From the IMG/VR virus record IMGVR_UViG_3300000976_000011, positions 1 to 64,000 of that record: DNA of 64,000 nt; one strand, 5' to 3'. Under the pieces are notes generated by a model that saw only the letters and a program-made list of their open reading frames with translations, made no database searches and had not been told where the DNA came from. Source of the stretch: a virus. Made by a program: the position numbers and the translations under genes. This document shows positions 1 through 8,548 of this stretch, one piece after another; position 1 is the stretch's first letter, and each line of letters begins with the position of its first letter.

Positions 1-86
1 CTAAATTGGCTATAGAGGATTATGATAAAATACATGAAAACATTCTATTTAGAAATTTAAAAAATAAAATAGGATCTTGTTTACAA

Positions 87-374
87 CTATAAAAGAATAA
101 CAAATTTTCCTGTATATGTAGAATTAATTGCTATATGGGGTTCTTCAAATCCTAAGAACCCTTCAGGAGAAACTGTTGTATGAGAAGGATGTAAAGACCA
201 ATGATCCCATTTTTCTCCACTTTTAAAATGAAAGTATAAGTTTTGATCTTCCATTGTGGAACCAGATGAAACTTTATCTATAATACATTCAGCGGACATT
301 CCCATATCCATATTGATAATAGTTTTACCTACAAAACTTTCCATATTGTCTACTAAGTCTTTAAAGTTCTTCAT
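87..374 (-). CDS. hypothetical protein
   Basis: ORF with SD-like AGGT, co-oriented with neighbours. Confidence 0.65.
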   Translation of the reverse strand: MKNFKDLVDNMESFVGKTIINMDMGMSAECIIDKVSSGSTMEDQNLYFHFKSGEKWDHWSLHPSHTTVSPEGFLGFEEPHIAINSTYTGKFVILL

Positions 375-437
375 TTTCTACCTTTTTATATGGTGGCATC
401 GCGATACAGTTGTTTGTTTTCCTCAATGGCGTAAATA

Positions 438-647
438 TTAGTCATATGCAAATACCAAAACATCTATAAATTCATAGTTACTTTCACCTAAAAGATTTTT
501 AATTGTTGATTCTAAAGGAAACCACACAACATCTCTAACTTTTGGACAAGGAACATAACCTAAATTTATTGTATGGCCTATGGATGGCACACTTTGTGAT
601 TCAACAATTTTAGATGAGCCAAACGAATCAATAATCAAAATTTTCAT
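438..647 (-). CDS. hypothetical protein
   Basis: ATGA overlap with upstream ORF. Confidence 0.65.
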   Translation of the reverse strand: MKILIIDSFGSSKIVESQSVPSIGHTINLGYVPCPKVRDVVWFPLESTIKNLLGESNYEFIDVLVFAYD

Positions 648-892
648 AATATTTCCTTAGGGTCATTTGACCAACTTATTTCTATACTTGTTTTTCCAAA
701 TTTTTTAACATTATATCCTAAAGATTTCAATCGAAAAACTATTGGATCTCTAAATTCTTGACAATTATTAAATATTGCTCTAAAATTCTTATTACTAGCT
801 TCTATAACAATTTTATCTTCTATAGTTTTCATTATATCATCTATAGTTTTGCCTCTTGTAGACATATTAAATGCTTTTATTGCTGATAACAT
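644..892 (-). CDS. hypothetical protein
   Basis: Tightly packed ORF in minus-strand operon. Confidence 0.65.
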   Translation of the reverse strand: MLSAIKAFNMSTRGKTIDDIMKTIEDKIVIEASNKNFRAIFNNCQEFRDPIVFRLKSLGYNVKKFGKTSIEISWSNDPKEIL

Positions 893-895
893 AAT

Positions 896-1507
896 TTAAT
901 CCTTCGGTTTAAAAACTACATGTTTTCCAATTACGCCAATCTTTTTAATATTAGAGTAATGTGTGTTTGTAAATTTAGTCTTTTTATCATTTTTATGATA
1001 ATATAGAGCACCCTCTGATAAATCTTTTTCCTGTTTATGTATAATATCATAAGCTATTTCAAGGGAGTTATACCAGGATTCTTTATCATGAACAGAATCC
1101 GACTTACCGTCATTAATCCAGCTAAATTGGGCCGTCTTGCCTTTCTTTTGATAAATGACCTCACAATATGTATTAGGAAAATTCTCGCTGGCAACACGAT
1201 TCTTTGAAACAAATCCGACCATCATTTTACCAAATAGAGTTTCACCTCTAGCTTCATGATAAATGTTTAGTGCCAAACAATCTAAATCAACTAGTTCTTC
1301 TCTAGTTAGATGCACTTTAGTTGGAACAAATGATTCCTTATATACGATTTTATCCTTAAATATCTCTTTAGTTGGTACTTCCTTACTAAATTGGACATAA
1401 AGAACAACTAAGCAATTTAATATTATTGCTATAGAGGCTGCTCTAAATATTTTAAAACGAGCAAGCATCTTAGCATCTATTACTATAGGTTCATTTATAG
1501 TAGACAT
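896..1507 (-). CDS. SleB/Hydrolase_2-family cell wall hydrolase with N-terminal membrane segment
   Basis: CLALNIYHEARGE, NRV..FPNTYCEVIYQ, QFSW, GALYYH, IGKHVVF motifs; start moved to ATG at 1507 behind GGAG. Confidence 0.9.
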   Translation of the reverse strand: MSTINEPIVIDAKMLARFKIFRAASIAIILNCLVVLYVQFSKEVPTKEIFKDKIVYKESFVPTKVHLTREELVDLDCLALNIYHEARGETLFGKMMVGFVSKNRVASENFPNTYCEVIYQKKGKTAQFSWINDGKSDSVHDKESWYNSLEIAYDIIHKQEKDLSEGALYYHKNDKKTKFTNTHYSNIKKIGVIGKHVVFKPKD

Positions 1508-1508
1508 A

Positions 1509-1754
1509 TTAGACTCCTGGATTAAAACAGTGCTTGACAAATATATCAAATTGTCTATCACAAAATTTAAACCACTTTTGTACAATCCAACAACCATCAG
1601 CATCTAATTTTAAAGCTGCTTTAGGAAACCATAATAGATCTCCCTTTAAATTAAAACAGAGCGCTTTCTCGCTCTCTTTTTCAATCTTTTCAGGTTGTAA
1701 GAATGTTAACAAATTTTGATTTGATGATAATTCTTGAAATTGAATTGTTTCCAT
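1509..1754 (-). CDS. hypothetical protein (ESEKA...LWFPKA family)
   Basis: ORF directly behind an early promoter, with AGGA SD. Confidence 0.7.
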   Translation of the reverse strand: METIQFQELSSNQNLLTFLQPEKIEKESEKALCFNLKGDLLWFPKAALKLDADGCWIVQKWFKFCDRQFDIFVKHCFNPGV

Positions 1755-1770
1755 AATGTAAGTTCCTATA

Positions 1771-1815
1771 TTTAACTGATAGGAGTATTATATAACAAAA
1801 ATATCATAATGTAAA
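1771..1815 (-). promoter_or_regulatory. sigma70-type early promoter
   Basis: TTTACA-17 nt-TATAAT followed by ATCAGTTAAA. Confidence 0.8.
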
Positions 1816-1821
1816 ATTTAA

Positions 1822-1895
1822 TGGAGCAGCCTACGAGAATCGAACTCGTTTCTCTTGGGTGGAAGCCAAGGGCACAGCCATTATACCAAGGCTGC
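1822..1895 (-). tRNA. tRNA-Gly(TCC)
   Basis: Cloverleaf; anticodon loop CTTCCAC; T loop TTCGATT; encoded CCA. Confidence 0.95.
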
Positions 1896-1908
1896 TCATA
1901 TTATATAA

Positions 1909-2109
1909 CTATTTATATCTTTGATTATATTCATCCCAATTACATGAAATTCCGCCGCTACGATGACCAGAGAATACAATACATTTTACACCATCAACTT
2001 CAATAGTCTTATAATGTTTACCTTGAGAAATACTTTTAACATTTGCTGGTTTATCATAAGAGCATGATGTTAAACACAATAAAATAAAGCTATAAAATAA
2101 AATTTTCAT
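1909..2109 (-). CDS. small lipoprotein-like protein
   Basis: Hydrophobic N-terminus with LTSC lipobox; GGISCNW motif. Confidence 0.65.
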   Translation of the reverse strand: MKILFYSFILLCLTSCSYDKPANVKSISQGKHYKTIEVDGVKCIVFSGHRSGGISCNWDEYNQRYK

Positions 2110-2110
2110 A

Positions 2111-2296
2111 TTAAATTGGATTAGCAAACCATGAAGCTAGCGCAGGAGTTTTCACTTTTTCTTTCATACCCATTGACCAAGATAAATCAGCTCTAGCCTC
2201 TCTTATAGCTTCTTCCTCAGTTTCAGCTCTATATACACCAAAGAACTCTCCATCTTGACTATTTCTAGGCACATATCCTACTTCATATTTGTTCAT
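2111..2296 (-). CDS. hypothetical protein
   Basis: Packed ORF. Confidence 0.55.
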   Translation of the reverse strand: MNKYEVGYVPRNSQDGEFFGVYRAETEEEAIREARADLSWSMGMKEKVKTPALASWFANPI

Positions 2297-2495
2297 TTAC
2301 AAATACCTGGGCAATATGATCCTTAAATTCTGGACAAGAAGGCCATGGAACAAATGTATTATCTATAGCATAACCTCTAGAGAACACTTTTTCCTTACAA
2401 TATAACCAACCACCATGTACTCGTAAAATATTAATGGATCCGATTTTTAAAGATTCGCCAATTTTTAACTTTTCTAATTTCTTTTTAATTTTCAT
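2283..2495 (-). CDS. hypothetical protein
   Basis: TAATG overlap; LRVHGGWLY motif. Confidence 0.6.
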   Translation of the reverse strand: MKIKKKLEKLKIGESLKIGSINILRVHGGWLYCKEKVFSRGYAIDNTFVPWPSCPEFKDHIAQVFVNEQI

Positions 2496-3061
2496 TATGT
2501 TTTCCTAGGTAAAATCCACGGTAACATTCTCGCAGTATTATATGCATCATCGTAACCATTATGTTGACGACCTTCAAATTCTAGGCGACATTTATTCATA
2601 GCTTTTTTGACTCCCATTTTTCTTTTAATACCTTGAGCATTCTTAAATAACATACTTAGATTCAAATAATCTAAATTATTAAAAGGATATAAGTGAGACA
2701 ATTTCCTTAATTTTAAGTTATCAACAAAGAATCTTTTATCGAAAGCTCCCCATGCTGCCCAATTATATTGACCTTTATACTTTTTCAGATCTTTATTTAG
2801 TTTATTACAAAATTCTCCCATGGGTATAGCCTTTTCAGCTAGAATCTCGTCGGTTATACCTGTAAGCTCTTCGCAAAAATAAGTCATTTTTGGATGTATA
2901 ACAGGTTGAACGTAATAATCAAAACCATCAACAATAGAATAATCTTCCATATTAACCATGACTGCGCCAAACTGGATCATTTCCATTTCATGTCTAGGAA
3001 ATTCGTTTGAGTTGGTACACGTAGCTTCGATGTCTGCAACTAATAAGTATCTTTTTGACAT
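2495..3061 (-). CDS. DEDDh 3'-5' exonuclease (ERI1/KapD-like)
   Basis: DIEATC, EMIQFGAV, WGAFD, GRQHNGYDDAYNT. Confidence 0.9.
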   Translation of the reverse strand: MSKRYLLVADIEATCTNSNEFPRHEMEMIQFGAVMVNMEDYSIVDGFDYYVQPVIHPKMTYFCEELTGITDEILAEKAIPMGEFCNKLNKDLKKYKGQYNWAAWGAFDKRFFVDNLKLRKLSHLYPFNNLDYLNLSMLFKNAQGIKRKMGVKKAMNKCRLEFEGRQHNGYDDAYNTARMLPWILPRKT

Positions 3062-3065
3062 TTTT

Positions 3066-3272
3066 TATAAATATAAATAAAGGGTTAAAATAATGATTCA
3101 ATACGGCTATATCTATATAACAACTAATTTAATAAATGGAAAGCATTAACGGCGACGAAAAGGTCCATACAAAATGAAATCTTACAAATTATCTCCTTAT
3201 TTGAAAACTTTAGATGAAAATGTTATAGGAAAAACCTATAAAGATATAGGCTTTAGTTTCTTAACTTTATAG
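3066..3272 (+). pseudogene. internally deleted GIY-YIG homing endonuclease remnant with late promoter
   Basis: TATAAATA; ATG3093 gives MIQYGYIYITTNLINGKH*, then a fragment SPYLKTLDENVIGKTYKDIGFSF matching the C-termini of the intact endonucleases. Confidence 0.8.
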
Positions 3273-3536
3273 GTTTTTCCAAGTATAAACAGAATTACCT
3301 GTTTTAAAGATTACTTCATTGCCATTATCTTCTAAAATTTCACTTACTGGAGTAGTCAGCCACCAATCTTGAGCTGAATAAGTTCTAGCTAAAAAAGAAC
3401 CAACTCTCATTGATTGCCCAAGAATAGGTCTCGAATTATCAGTAATTATATGTTGACCATCTTCTTTCCATTCTATTGATTCTGACATTAATCCCGAATC
3501 GCCTGCTCCGTCTCCTGATCTTACTAAACTATACAT
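3267..3536 (-). CDS. hypothetical protein
   Basis: Packed ORF; conserved-looking WWLTTPVSEI..FKTGNSVY. Confidence 0.7.
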   Translation of the reverse strand: MYSLVRSGDGAGDSGLMSESIEWKEDGQHIITDNSRPILGQSMRVGSFLARTYSAQDWWLTTPVSEILEDNGNEVIFKTGNSVYTWKNL

Positions 3537-3909
3537 TTTTAAAATTCCAATTTAGGTTAAATAATTCTGCGCATGATTTTAACTGTTTAATTAAACAGTT
3601 AAAATATATAAATTTGTGTGATGAAGATGTGTCATGGCATTGTTGAAGCGAAACAATTAAAGATTCATGTACTTTAGATAACTTAAGTCTTTTAACTACT
3701 CCTGACCAACATATGCCGAAGGCATCTTCATCAACCAATTTAGCTTGTTCATCAGTTAAAAATATACCAGCCGCACAAGCTAAATTATCGCTGGTTCTAT
3801 AAAAACATCTTGTTCCTATATTGCTAGGTACTTTTTGTTTAATTAAATGAGAAGCAACAGCATCAAAGACTTCTTGTTCTGATATGTTGGTATAATCAAT
3901 TACATTCAT
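3529..3909 (-). CDS. hypothetical protein
   Basis: QEVFDAVASHL..CFYR..CAAG..LQQCHD, typical of a phage family. Confidence 0.75.
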   Translation of the reverse strand: MNVIDYTNISEQEVFDAVASHLIKQKVPSNIGTRCFYRTSDNLACAAGIFLTDEQAKLVDEDAFGICWSGVVKRLKLSKVHESLIVSLQQCHDTSSSHKFIYFNCLIKQLKSCAELFNLNWNFKNV

Positions 3910-4115
3910 AATATTTTTCTCGCTTGGCCTTTATCGCCGAATTGTAAACATAATGTTGATATGTCATCTATATCATTATTATAATAAACCATCCAAGGAT
4001 CTCTATCAGGCCTTTTCATATAAATTATTTTAGCTGTTTGGCCTGAAGGATGAACTATTGAGTCACCTTCAAATAATTCATTACCATTATAACATAAATA
4101 AGGAGACTTTTTCAT
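3906..4115 (-). CDS. hypothetical protein
   Basis: ATGA overlaps. Confidence 0.6.
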   Translation of the reverse strand: MKKSPYLCYNGNELFEGDSIVHPSGQTAKIIYMKRPDRDPWMVYYNNDIDDISTLCLQFGDKGQARKIL

Positions 4116-4336
4116 AATTTACATTTTTTTAACCATATGTCTAAAGATTCTCTATCATTTTCATTATAAATTTTAAATATTTTACAATCACTATTTTTCC
4201 AAAATTCTATTCTCATATATGGATCATATCTTTTAAACGGTAATTTATTATCTACAGCTTTTAGTAATTTTGTAATATCATCATATAAACCGATGTTTAT
4301 AGAATCTTCATAATATTCTTCTATTAATATAAACAT
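4112..4336 (-). CDS. hypothetical protein
   Basis: Start trimmed to exclude tRNA-His. Confidence 0.55.
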   Translation of the reverse strand: MFILIEEYYEDSINIGLYDDITKLLKAVDNKLPFKRYDPYMRIEFWKNSDCKIFKIYNENDRESLDIWLKKCKL

Positions 4337-4356
4337 AATTTTCTCATATTCAAATT

Positions 4357-4435
4357 TGGGGTGTATGACGGGAATCGAACCCGCATCATCCCGAGTCACA
4401 GTCGGGAGTCTTATTCCTATTAGACCACATACACC
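4357..4435 (-). tRNA. tRNA-His(GTG)
   Basis: Cloverleaf; G-1:C73; loop CTGTGAC; CCA. Confidence 0.95.
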
Positions 4436-4439
4436 ATAA

Positions 4440-4778
4440 TTAATTCCATAATGCGTTAAAATACTCGCCGAAATATTTAAGACCTCTGGATTTTCTTTCC
4501 CAATCGTAATTTACATAATCAATACTTCCATCGAAATCATCGATAACAAAAGAAAGACCGAAAATCATATCATTTAAAATTTCTTGCCATTTTTCTGGTG
4601 TATCACAAAAATCATCGCAAGGGAAACATCCTGGATCAATCGAAAATTCTTTAAGCCTTGGCAAAGTAAATTTAGCGATTGTATAATCTAAACTCCAGAG
4701 TTCTGTATCATCCCAGCCTCTAGTCCATCTTTGGTAAAAGTGTTTGATATCTCTTTTTATAATTGCGATACTTTTCAT
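4440..4778 (-). CDS. hypothetical protein
   Basis: ELWSLDYTIAKFTLPRL..W..IL.DMIF..GL.YFG.YF..LW phage family pattern. Confidence 0.8.
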   Translation of the reverse strand: MKSIAIIKRDIKHFYQRWTRGWDDTELWSLDYTIAKFTLPRLKEFSIDPGCFPCDDFCDTPEKWQEILNDMIFGLSFVIDDFDGSIDYVNYDWERKSRGLKYFGEYFNALWN

Positions 4779-4782
4779 ATAA

Positions 4783-5046
4783 TTAAGGTTTCTTTGCTAA
4801 TACTTGTATAGATTTAATAATCTCCGCGTTTAACTCATCTCTAATCTCTTGAACTATTGTCTTTTTAAACCATTTTTCTTGTTTAGAATAATGAACCTTA
4901 AACTTATGACTTAGATTTTGATATCGGCACCTTTCTTCCTCAGTTTTAGCTGTTGGGCTAGGAGGTCTAATAATTACTGGCTCATAACTCACTTTATGAG
5001 GATACATAAATTGTGCGTCATTAACTACTACAAAATCATCACTCAT
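4783..5046 (-). CDS. hypothetical protein
   Basis: ORF between tRNAs with AGGT SD. Confidence 0.6.
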   Translation of the reverse strand: MSDDFVVVNDAQFMYPHKVSYEPVIIRPPSPTAKTEEERCRYQNLSHKFKVHYSKQEKWFKKTIVQEIRDELNAEIIKSIQVLAKKP

Positions 5047-5062
5047 AATATACCTATTAAGT

Positions 5063-5149
5063 TGGCGGAAAGTAAAGGAATCGAACCCTCATCAGTTTCC
5101 CGATGGCGACGGTTTTCAAGACCGTTTGTCCCCATGGACGCTACCTTCC
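5063..5149 (-). tRNA. tRNA-Ser(TGA)
   Basis: Class II cloverleaf; loop CTTGAAA; long V arm; G73; CCA. Confidence 0.95.
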
Positions 5150-5151
5150 TT

Positions 5152-5328
5152 TTATTCTTTTATAACTCTTGCTATGGAATTAATAGTCGTAACAGCAATA
5201 GAGCTATCTTCTAATAACTGATCTTCGGACCACCTATAAGCTAAATCAATCATACCTTCTATTCTTCTGAGTTTGTCTTTATTAATAGATGCCTCTAAAT
5301 CACTAGTATCGAAATCTTCAATTGCCAT
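5152..5328 (-). CDS. small hypothetical protein (58 aa, MAIEDFDTSD...)
   Basis: Open frame filling the gap between two tRNAs. Confidence 0.55.
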   Translation of the reverse strand: MAIEDFDTSDLEASINKDKLRRIEGMIDLAYRWSEDQLLEDSSIAVTTINSIARVIKE

Positions 5329-5343
5329 AATCTCTTTTAATGT

Positions 5344-5432
5344 TGGAGGAAGAGTTGATATTCGAAATCAATCCCATAAATGAGACACTTGGTTTAGCAA
5401 ACCAGCCCTGAGACCTCTCAGGTTACTCTTCC
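5344..5432 (-). tRNA. tRNA-Ser(GCT)
   Basis: Class II cloverleaf; loop TTGCTAA; CCA. Confidence 0.92.
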
Positions 5433-5441
5433 TTATTACTA

Positions 5442-6047
5442 TTATTTTGTAGTTTTCCAGTATCCAAGTGTATCAAATACTAATTTTAATTCAGATTTAA
5501 ATTCTTCTTGTAAATCGACGATCACAGATTGTATTCTATCATTACTTTCTAGAAAATCTCTTAATTCTAATTTACTGCTTAATGAAGATTTTTTAATTTC
5601 ACCTATATCATTAGTATATTTAAATTTTATTTTATCAATTTTAAGAATTTTTTTACATAGCTTATAAACAGATGAAAAATCATTTAAGCGCTTGTTACCG
5701 TAATAAGTATCTACAGGATCATTTTCTCTTAATACTACCTTTGTTATTTTTACGTTTTTTAATGATCCATAATCTATAGATAAATCTAAAGATTCTAAAC
5801 GATCTGATAACATATTATGAAATTTCGATAAAATATCTATGTAGGTTGGAACACCTTCTTCATTTGAAAGTCTGATTATTTCATCTTCCAAAGATTTGAT
5901 TTTAACTTTTTTTGGATAGTCACAATATCCACTACCCGTCTCAACTTTTCGATAGAAACCTTTATCAAATTTATAGAATACACCTTTAGGTAGACTCTTT
6001 TTAATACTTTTTTCTAAAGCTTTCTTATCTGATTTAAAGAAAAACAT
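5442..6047 (-). CDS. hypothetical protein
   Basis: 201-aa ORF with GAGG SD. Confidence 0.7.
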   Translation of the reverse strand: MFFFKSDKKALEKSIKKSLPKGVFYKFDKGFYRKVETGSGYCDYPKKVKIKSLEDEIIRLSNEEGVPTYIDILSKFHNMLSDRLESLDLSIDYGSLKNVKITKVVLRENDPVDTYYGNKRLNDFSSVYKLCKKILKIDKIKFKYTNDIGEIKKSSLSSKLELRDFLESNDRIQSVIVDLQEEFKSELKLVFDTLGYWKTTK

Positions 6048-6102
6048 TTTTATATCCTCTTAATTTTACATAACCAAACTATAATATAATAGATACTAAC
6101 TA

Positions 6103-7284
6103 TTATCCCTTAATACACATTACTTGTTTTAAAGTATGAACGACTTCAACTAAATCATCTTGTGCTTCCATAACTTTATCAATATCTTTATAGGCTGATG
6201 GTGTCTCATCAATAACATCGTAATCTATTCGACATTCAACACCTTCTACAGATTTCTTATGTTCAGACATACTAACTAATTTCTTAGCTTTAGATCTAGA
6301 CATAACTCTTCCAGCTCCATGCGAACACGAATTAAAAGATTCTTTATTGCCTAAACCTCTTACAATAAATGATTTGGCACCCATAGAACCAGGAATAATT
6401 CCCAATTGACCTTCTTTAGCACTTACAGCGCCTTTACGGGTCACCCAAACATTTTCTTTGTAGTGATTTTCTTTTTCTACATAGTTATGATGACAGTCGA
6501 TGGCATGTTGTTCCCATCTAAAATCTTTAGTATGCTTATGTAAAATATCTAAAGCTTTAGTCATCATAATATCTCTATTAAATTTGGCAAATGTCTGAGC
6601 CCAATCAATAGATCTAATATAGTCATCGAAGTGTTTAGATCCTTCTGGTAAATAAGAAAGATCTTCATCTGGAATATTACAAAACCAGCGCTTCATTTCT
6701 TCTTTCGCCTTAGAGATAAAATATCTACCAATAGCGTTACCAACTCCTCTAGAACCAGAGTGTAGCATAACCCAGACGAAGTCTTTTTCATCTAAACAAA
6801 TTTCAACAAAGTGATTACCGCCACCTAAAGTACCTAAATGTTTAACATTATTAGTATCTTTAATAGGAGCTATCTCACAAAGTTCATCAAATTCTTTTGC
6901 TAGATAATCTGACCAAATCTTTTCAGTTCCGCCATCTAGTTTATCATGTTTTCCAAAGCCTACTGGAATAACAGCTTCCATACCTAATCTAATATTCTTT
7001 AGATCATCAGGAAGATCTTTTGCCTTTAATGATGTTTTAACAGCCTGCATTCCACAACCTAAGTCAACACCTACCGTAGCTGGAATAATAGCTTTCTTAG
7101 TAGCTAAAACTGTTCCAATTGCGCATCCTTTTCCTAAGTGAGCATCTGGCATCGAAGCAATCCACTTATGGATGAATGGCATACTGGCTAAATTATTTAA
7201 TTGATCTAGGGTGTTATCGTCAATATGAACACCTTCATGCCAAGTTTTAATTGAAGCCTGATTGCCTTTATTTATTGCTTTCAT
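6103..7284 (-). CDS. rtcB: RtcB RNA 3'-phosphate/5'-OH ligase
   Basis: MPDAH, GVDLGCGM, GTLGGGNHFVE, HSGSRG, HHNY, TRKGA, PGSMG, SHGAGR, DETPSAYK. Confidence 0.97.
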   Translation of the reverse strand: MKAINKGNQASIKTWHEGVHIDDNTLDQLNNLASMPFIHKWIASMPDAHLGKGCAIGTVLATKKAIIPATVGVDLGCGMQAVKTSLKAKDLPDDLKNIRLGMEAVIPVGFGKHDKLDGGTEKIWSDYLAKEFDELCEIAPIKDTNNVKHLGTLGGGNHFVEICLDEKDFVWVMLHSGSRGVGNAIGRYFISKAKEEMKRWFCNIPDEDLSYLPEGSKHFDDYIRSIDWAQTFAKFNRDIMMTKALDILHKHTKDFRWEQHAIDCHHNYVEKENHYKENVWVTRKGAVSAKEGQLGIIPGSMGAKSFIVRGLGNKESFNSCSHGAGRVMSRSKAKKLVSMSEHKKSVEGVECRIDYDVIDETPSAYKDIDKVMEAQDDLVEVVHTLKQVMCIKG

Positions 7285-7310
7285 TATAAAATTCCTATTA
7301 AATTGTTTGG

Positions 7311-7402
7311 TGGTGTTCCTACTAGGATTCGAACCTAGACTACTCCCTAATCTGGGGATACGATCTTATAAAAATCGGGTGCTGCCGTTACACTATAGGA
7401 AC
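7311..7402 (-). tRNA. tRNA-Ile(TAT) with long variable arm
   Basis: Acceptor GTTCCTA/TAGGAAC; anticodon arm CGATT-TTTATAA-GATCG; extra arm TCCC-CAGATTA-GGGA; canonical T arm; CCA. Confidence 0.85.
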
Positions 7403-7780
7403 TTATTTTCTTTTTCTTAGGTTGGAAGTTCCTGTTGTATGACCTCCAACCCTCTGTTTATTTTTAGCTTCTTCTAATCCATATTTTTCTACAGATCTTT
7501 CCCAAATAGTTTTAAATGTACCAAATTTTTTACCATCTTCTACAGTATTCTCTCTATATGTCGCCCAATAAAGATGCTTAGGGTTTGAACAATTGCCATT
7601 GCCACAAGCATGAGCCAAAACTGCAGGCCTTTTAGGAATATTGGTGTCTAAATATTCAGCTAAAACTCCTCTGTGATGCGTACTTAGGCCGCCTCGCTCT
7701 AAACAAACTTCTGAAAGATCTATATGAGATTGCCTTTCTTTCTTAGTATGGCTTTTTATATATTCTTCTACTATTATCAT
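7403..7780 (-). CDS. HNH (His-Me finger) endonuclease-like protein inside tRNA cluster
   Basis: LAHACGNGNCSNPKHLYWATYRENTVED motif; start trimmed to exclude tRNA-Leu. Confidence 0.8.
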   Translation of the reverse strand: MIIVEEYIKSHTKKERQSHIDLSEVCLERGGLSTHHRGVLAEYLDTNIPKRPAVLAHACGNGNCSNPKHLYWATYRENTVEDGKKFGTFKTIWERSVEKYGLEEAKNKQRVGGHTTGTSNLRKRK

Positions 7781-7792
7781 TTGTATATAATT

Positions 7793-7869
7793 TGGTAGCG
7801 CCACCCGGATTCGAACCGGGAACATTCGGGTTTTAAGCCCGACACCTCTGCCAATTGGATCATGGCGCC
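7793..7869 (-). tRNA. tRNA-Leu(TAA), short variable loop
   Basis: Cloverleaf; loop CTTAAAA; A73; CCA. Confidence 0.9.
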
Positions 7870-7875
7870 ATATAT

Positions 7876-7915
7876 TGGGGTCCTAGGAGGCGATCGACCT
7901 CTTTCAACTAGTACC
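7876..7915 (-). ncRNA. minihelix tRNA-like RNA (acceptor plus T-like arm, CCA)
   Basis: GGTACTAG/CTAGGACC stem, GAGG-TCGATCG-CCTC arm, ends in CCA. Confidence 0.55.
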
Positions 7916-7920
7916 ATATT

Positions 7921-8004
7921 TAAATAATGTGGTAGGATTTGAACCTACACTAGAATTACTTGATAGTTATCTACCCTTGCTCTGCCTCACAAGACTGCAC
8001 ATTA
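7921..8004 (-). ncRNA. degenerate tRNA-like element
   Basis: TAATGTG/CACATTA acceptor and GTAGG-TTCAAAT-CCTAC T arm; no clear anticodon, no CCA. Confidence 0.55.
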
Positions 8005-8008
8005 ATTC

Positions 8009-8085
8009 TGGAAGCACAAGTAGGATTCGAACCTAACAACCTACGCAGTCAAAGTGCGTTGCTCTACCAGTTGAGCTATTGTGCT
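8009..8085 (-). tRNA. tRNA-Gln(TTG)
   Basis: Cloverleaf; loop CTTTGAC; CCA. Confidence 0.92.
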
Positions 8086-8092
8086 AAAAATT

Positions 8093-8338
8093 TTATAAAT
8101 TCTTAATTGCTTCTTTAATAGCAATTCTTGCTGATTTTTCACATTTGTTAGGATTCCAACCTGAAGAAGCAACATCATGATATGACATATATTTGCGACC
8201 ACCCGGAGTACCGTCGAAACTTATTGATTCTCTCTTTTCTTTAGACTTAACAAACCAAATATATAAATTGTTAACGGTTTTTAATAAAGAAACTTTATGA
8301 CCAGATTCTTCAAAATTTGCTATTAAAGTGTTTGACAT
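8093..8338 (-). CDS. hypothetical protein
   Basis: ORF behind early promoter, AGGT SD. Confidence 0.7.
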   Translation of the reverse strand: MSNTLIANFEESGHKVSLLKTVNNLYIWFVKSKEKRESISFDGTPGGRKYMSYHDVASSGWNPNKCEKSARIAIKEAIKNL

Positions 8339-8355
8339 TTTGTAATACCTATTAA

Positions 8356-8400
8356 TTTAACTGATAAGTTATTATAATCAATTAAATGATATTTGTAAAC
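8356..8400 (-). promoter_or_regulatory. sigma70-type early promoter
   Basis: GTTTACA-17 nt-TATAAT followed by ATCAGTTAAA. Confidence 0.85.
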
Positions 8401-8410
8401 ATCTAAAATC

Positions 8411-8440
8411 AAAAAAAGCCTACTAATTTAGTAGGCTTTT
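8411..8440 (-). terminator. intrinsic terminator of left attenuator
   Basis: AAAAGCCTACTA-AAT-TAGTAGGC followed by T7. Confidence 0.9.
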
Positions 8441-8474
8441 AAAAAGATATTTGCTATACTTATTACTAATCTAA

Positions 8475-8543
8475 TTAAAACCCCTCGATTCCTGAACTTA
8501 TTTGTCCATGCTGAGATAATAACGATTGTAATATGTTTTTCAT
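8475..8543 (-). CDS. putative attenuator leader peptide MKNILQSLLSQHGQISSGIEGF (left tRNA cluster)
   Basis: ATG 5 nt after TATAAATA; codons 4-18 all cognate to the downstream tRNAs; followed by terminator. Confidence 0.8.
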   Translation of the reverse strand: MKNILQSLLSQHGQISSGIEGF

Positions 8544-8548
8544 ATATC

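Noticed and set aside
1821-5214. ORFs 1821..2006 and 4918..5214, plus 61918..62106 and the 5' extensions of 4112, 7403 and 62110
   Set aside because: They overlap tRNA or tRNA-like genes.
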